DNA of 34,160 nt from Verrucomicrobiota bacterium. GTDB taxonomy: Bacteria; Verrucomicrobiota; Verrucomicrobiia; Verrucomicrobiales; Akkermansiaceae. Under the pieces are notes generated by a model, which ran no database searches, was not told the origin of the DNA, and was given only the letters and a program-made list of their open reading frames with translations. Positions 32,060 through 34,160 of the stretch are shown here, one piece after another (position 1 is the stretch's first letter; every line of letters starts with the position of its first letter). The position numbers and the translations under genes were made by a program. Where the stretch lies: NCBI GenBank assembly GCA_041172045.1, contig JBEDKU010000223.1, forward strand, positions 1 to 34,160, given 5' to 3'.

Positions 32060-34160
32060 GGCTTGCTGGCGCTGAATATTTTCGGCCGGACGGAACGCAC
32101 AACGGTGGCGGAGTTGTTGGAGTCGAGGGTCTCTTCTATCGAGCCTGTTGCATCCGCTTCGGCCCGGACCGAGTAAGTCCCTGGAGCCGCGGTCCATGGG
32201 TTGCCAACGGTGCCGCAGACCAAGGTCATGCCGCCCGCGGGGATCGCTTGGCGGAGTTCCGGCGACGAACTGATAGGTTGGCCGTTGACTCGGAAGGAAA
32301 CGACGGGAGGCTTGTCGGTTGACGTTGGGCTGGTGCCGCGGTTGAGGAGCGTGGCGACGAAATGGACCTTTTGGCCTTCGATGGGGAACGCCGGAATCGT
32401 GCGGATGTTGGTGACCATCAGGTCCGGGAGCGGGGAGGTCGGCTCCAAAGTGAATTTTGCGGCCAGCGGTAATTTATCAGAGGCTCCGCCGACGTGGGCG
32501 GTGTAGGAGCCGGTCGGAACCTGATAGCTGCCGGATGTCGGATCGAAGATGTAAAACTCGTCCGCGCTGAGCGTGAAGGTTACTTGACGGGTTTGGCCGG
32601 GATCGATGGATACCTTGGAAAACCCGCGGAGTTGTTTCACGGGCATGGCGACGGCGGGTGATGTTTCACCGGTGGATAGATAAAGTTGTGCGACTTCCTC
32701 GCCGGCGCGTTTGCCGGTATTGGTGACGTCCACTTGCACGGTGACTTCTTTTCCGGCGCTGGTCTTGTCAGGGCTGACGCGCAGGTTTTTGTATTCGAAG
32801 GTGGTGTAGCTCAAGCCGCTGCCGAAGGCGAATTCCGGTTGTGATTTCTGTTGATCGTACCAGCGGTAGCCGACTCCGGTGGTGACGACATTCATGAAAT
32901 CATTGTCGCGCGCAGGAAGTTGGTCGTCGTTTTTCGGGATGCTGACGGGCAGCTTGCCGGAGGGATTTTCATTGCCCATCAGAATGTCGGCGATGGCGCG
33001 TCCGCCCTCTTGGCCGGGGTAGGTGACGTAGAGCAAGCCCTTGACGTTTTCGATCACCTTGCTGACCGCACATTGGCCGCCGGTGATGACGACCAGAACC
33101 ATGTTGGGGTTGGCGGCGGTGAGCACGTTGATTAGGTCGTTCTGCACGCCGGGGAGATCGACGCTGCCGGTGAGACGGTCGCCTTTGATGAAGTGCTCCT
33201 CGCCCTCGACGGTGTTGTCGAGACCACCGACGAAGATCACCACGTCGGATTTTTTGGCGAGGCGGGTGGCTTCTTCGAACTGGCTGCGGTCCTTGCTGTT
33301 GATGTCGCAGCCCTTGGCATAACTCAGGCGCTCGGAGCCGAGCAATGCCTCCAGGCCTTGACGGGGCGTGATGATGTAGGACGGGATGACGGCGGAGCTG
33401 CTATGGCCGTCGAGCGGAAGCGTGTCCGCGTTGGGTCCGATGATGGCGACGGATTTCACCTTCGAGTCGAGCGGCAGGATGGAGTCCTGGTTTTTCAGCA
33501 GCACCATGCTTTTCAATCCGCTTTCATAGACGAGCGCGCGGTGATCGGGGGAATCGCGGGTCTGCTCTTCGACGATCTTCGGCTGACCGTCGATCATGCC
33601 GGATAGAAGTTTGGTGCGAAGGATGTTTCCTGCGGCGGTGTTGAGCTGCTGCGGCGTGATCTTGCCCTCCTTCACCATGCCGGGCAGATCCTTGGTGTAG
33701 AGTTCGGCTCCCTCGCAGAAATCCAGCTCGGCGGCCATCGCCTTTTCCGTGCTCCAGAAGCCGTCCCAGTCGGACATGGTGTAGCCTTGGAACCCCCAGA
33801 GGTCGCGCAGTACGGTGCGGATGAGAAACTTGTTTTCGGCGCACTTGTCGCCGTTCACCAGATTGTAAGCGCACATCACGGATGCAGCACCGCCGTCCTG
33901 GACGGCCCGCCGCCAGTGGGCACCCCAGAATTCGACAAGGCTGCGGGGATCGATCAGATAGTTGTTGTCGCGGCGGCCGGCCTCGTAGGTGTTGAGGTTG
34001 TAATGTTTGATGGTGGCTAAGACGGCGGTTTCATTCATGCCGTGGAGAAATCCCTCGACGATGCGGCCGCCGAGGAACGGATCCTCGCCGATGGTTTCGG
34101 GCGCGCGGCCGTTGCGCGGGTCGTGCAGGAGATCGAGCACCGGACCGGCGATGCGGTGGC
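32056..34160 (-). CDS. Glycoside hydrolase family 3 (beta-glucosidase/xylosidase-like) with Fn3-like and C-terminal CARDB domains; 5' part beyond the right edge
   Basis: GRAPETIGEDP, IKHY, VMCAYN, MSDW (nucleophile), SMVLLKN, NPSGKLP, FGSGLSYTTFEY, GEEVAQLY, KQLRGFSKV; tail PDLMVT...ADATGSIEETLDSNN. The frame stays open to the window edge. Confidence 0.95.
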   Translation of the reverse strand, partial: HRIAGPVLDLLHDPRNGRAPETIGEDPFLGGRIVEGFLHGMNETAVLATIKHYNLNTYEAGRRDNNYLIDPRSLVEFWGAHWRRAVQDGGAASVMCAYNLVNGDKCAENKFLIRTVLRDLWGFQGYTMSDWDGFWSTEKAMAAELDFCEGAELYTKDLPGMVKEGKITPQQLNTAAGNILRTKLLSGMIDGQPKIVEEQTRDSPDHRALVYESGLKSMVLLKNQDSILPLDSKVKSVAIIGPNADTLPLDGHSSSAVIPSYIITPRQGLEALLGSERLSYAKGCDINSKDRSQFEEATRLAKKSDVVIFVGGLDNTVEGEEHFIKGDRLTGSVDLPGVQNDLINVLTAANPNMVLVVITGGQCAVSKVIENVKGLLYVTYPGQEGGRAIADILMGNENPSGKLPVSIPKNDDQLPARDNDFMNVVTTGVGYRWYDQQKSQPEFAFGSGLSYTTFEYKNLRVSPDKTSAGKEVTVQVDVTNTGKRAGEEVAQLYLSTGETSPAVAMPVKQLRGFSKVSIDPGQTRQVTFTLSADEFYIFDPTSGSYQVPTGSYTAHVGGASDKLPLAAKFTLEPTSPLPDLMVTNIRTIPAFPIEGQKVHFVATLLNRGTSPTSTDKPPVVSFRVNGQPISSSPELRQAIPAGGMTLVCGTVGNPWTAAPGTYSVRAEADATGSIEETLDSNNSATVVRSVRPKIFSASKP

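Noticed and set aside
19161-32197. ORF-track starts at 19211, 21686, 22246, 24333, 28960, 31547 and 32197
   Set aside because: They overlap promoters or neighbouring genes, or add residues ahead of a better ATG; downstream starts give clean signal peptides or ATGA/GTGA coupling.

Overview
GC-rich bacterial DNA that looks like Verrucomicrobiota (Luteolibacter/Haloferula-like; inferred from gene content, not from a search). All credible genes are on the minus strand. Left part (1-22201): a glycan-degradation locus with no TonB/SusCD genes inside the window. It holds an ECF sigma factor with a membrane anti-sigma factor, a CYP236-like cytochrome P450, a sulfatase, a frameshifted chimeric GH29 fucosidase, and four large secreted paralogues that share a ~380-aa beta-solenoid module and autotransporter-associated beta-strand repeats. 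Two paralogues carry N-terminal heads (a PL8 lyase; a pectin-lyase-fold domain) and two carry none. Six intergenic regions share one bipartite motif, GTCAG-N17-CGT, with exactly 17-nt spacing, which most likely defines the regulon of the local ECF sigma. Middle: housekeeping pckG and an AddA/RecB-like helicase-nuclease with no adjacent addB. Right part (27515-end): a second tightly coupled carbohydrate operon (GH3, CBM6-like protein, TolB-like propeller, Tat-exported TIM-barrel, GH50/agarase-like hydrolase). No rRNA, tRNA, CRISPR array or mobile element was seen. Family assignments come from motifs recognised by eye.
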